Source: a virus (Duplodnaviria; Caudoviricetes). From it: DNA of 25,231 nt. Below, piece by piece: positions 24,822-25,231 of this stretch. The notes beneath the pieces are model-generated. The model made no database searches, was not told the DNA's origin, and saw only the letters and a program-made list of their open reading frames with translations. The first letter of the stretch is position 1, and each line of letters starts with the position of its first letter. Location: positions 1 through 25,231 of IMG/VR virus record IMGVR_UViG_3300027785_002571; one strand, 5' to 3'. The position numbers were made by a program, and so were the translations under genes.

Positions 24822-24849
24822 AGTATAACAGAAATGGTAGAAATGGCAA
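24822..24849 (-). promoter_or_regulatory. Sigma70-type promoter (extended -10)
   Basis: - strand TTGCCA, 16 bp, TG-n-TATACT; same -35 hexamer as the 14880 promoter. Confidence 0.65.
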
Positions 24850-24888
24850 CCTAGAACTTTTTTACTCCATACATTTGGTCAAGTACTG

Positions 24889-25003
24889 TGCCAGTAATTT
24901 TCCAACTGGCGGCCTCTGGGATCCGATCCCTTTGCCTTACATTCAAGCGCCGCTGTTGACACCGGCTTTTGTGGTACCAGCGTTCCTCGCTGGACTTGAA
25001 TGG
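24889..25003 (-). ncRNA. Candidate structured intergenic RNA
   Basis: Several GC-rich inverted repeats in about 115 nt between a stop codon and a promoter (see findings); strand assumed from flanking genes. Confidence 0.35.
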
Positions 25004-25004
25004 T

Positions 25005-25231
25005 TTAAATTGTCGAAACGCCTGCTTTGATTTTAGCAGCCAAGTCATTCGCTTCTGCACCATACGTCACGCCCTTGGAAGGACGCTTGTTTGCCTTGAT
25101 CGCTTTGGCACCAACGGCACCAACTGATTTTGACAGCAGGCGGTCAAGGCGTGCCTGTGCCTTAGCAATGGCAGCGGCACGCTTTTCTTCCGCTTTCACA
25201 AGCTTGTCATTTTCAAGGGCAAAGCGCTCAT
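25005..25231 (-). CDS. 5'-truncated Ala/Lys-rich basic protein
   Basis: Frame open to the window edge (ERFALENDKLVKAEEKRAAAIAKAQARLDRLL...). Confidence 0.65.
   Translation of the reverse strand, partial: ERFALENDKLVKAEEKRAAAIAKAQARLDRLLSKSVGAVGAKAIKANKRPSKGVTYGAEANDLAAKIKAGVSTI

Noticed and set aside
24951-24980. CTGTTGA resembling a hammerhead core (CUGANGA)
   Set aside because: Mismatch in the core and no GAAA after the following stem.
24851-25063. 70-aa - strand ORF
   Set aside because: Overlaps the upstream gene out of frame and spans the inverted-repeat region; the structured-RNA reading is preferred, though not excluded.
1-25231. tRNA genes, CRISPR arrays, stop-codon recoding, DGR repeats, integrase or IS
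   Set aside because: No cloverleaf or repeat-spacer pattern seen, core genes are full length in the standard code, and no reverse transcriptase, integrase or transposase motifs were found.

Overview
Fragment of a large T4-like (Tevenvirinae/Kyanoviridae-style) dsDNA phage genome. It is gene-dense, AT-rich and uses many ATGA/TAATG overlaps, and the host is probably proteobacterial (sigma70-type promoters, proteobacterial-type IscU/IscA/ErpA, spanins implying a Gram-negative envelope). On the + strand, in order: an expanded lysis/envelope cluster (spanins, DUF4337, GH19 endolysin, secreted SNase, several small membrane proteins); an Fe-S assembly mini-operon (iscU-iscA-erpA); gp61 primase; a dNTP module (thyX, MazG/dUTPase-like, nrdA, BPL_N-like GATase, thioredoxin, nrdB); a PlcP/LpxH-like phosphoesterase plus GT2 glycosyltransferase; a GIY-YIG protein; T4 RNase H; early genes under promoters carrying a conserved TGTTG-N8-CAACA palindrome; a HEXXH-vWA protein; two glycine-rich paralogues; a ParB-like protein and small hypotheticals. 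Near 23.85 kb the strand flips and GC rises into a - strand block with a Gp88-like Cys-rich protein, a terminator and a candidate structured RNA. Most interesting leads: a possible phage phospholipid-to-glycolipid remodelling pair next to RNR, the palindromic operator-promoter system, the candidate structured RNA, and a capsid-targeting-like ORF wedged between the spanins. All family assignments are from motif recognition only; no database search was run.
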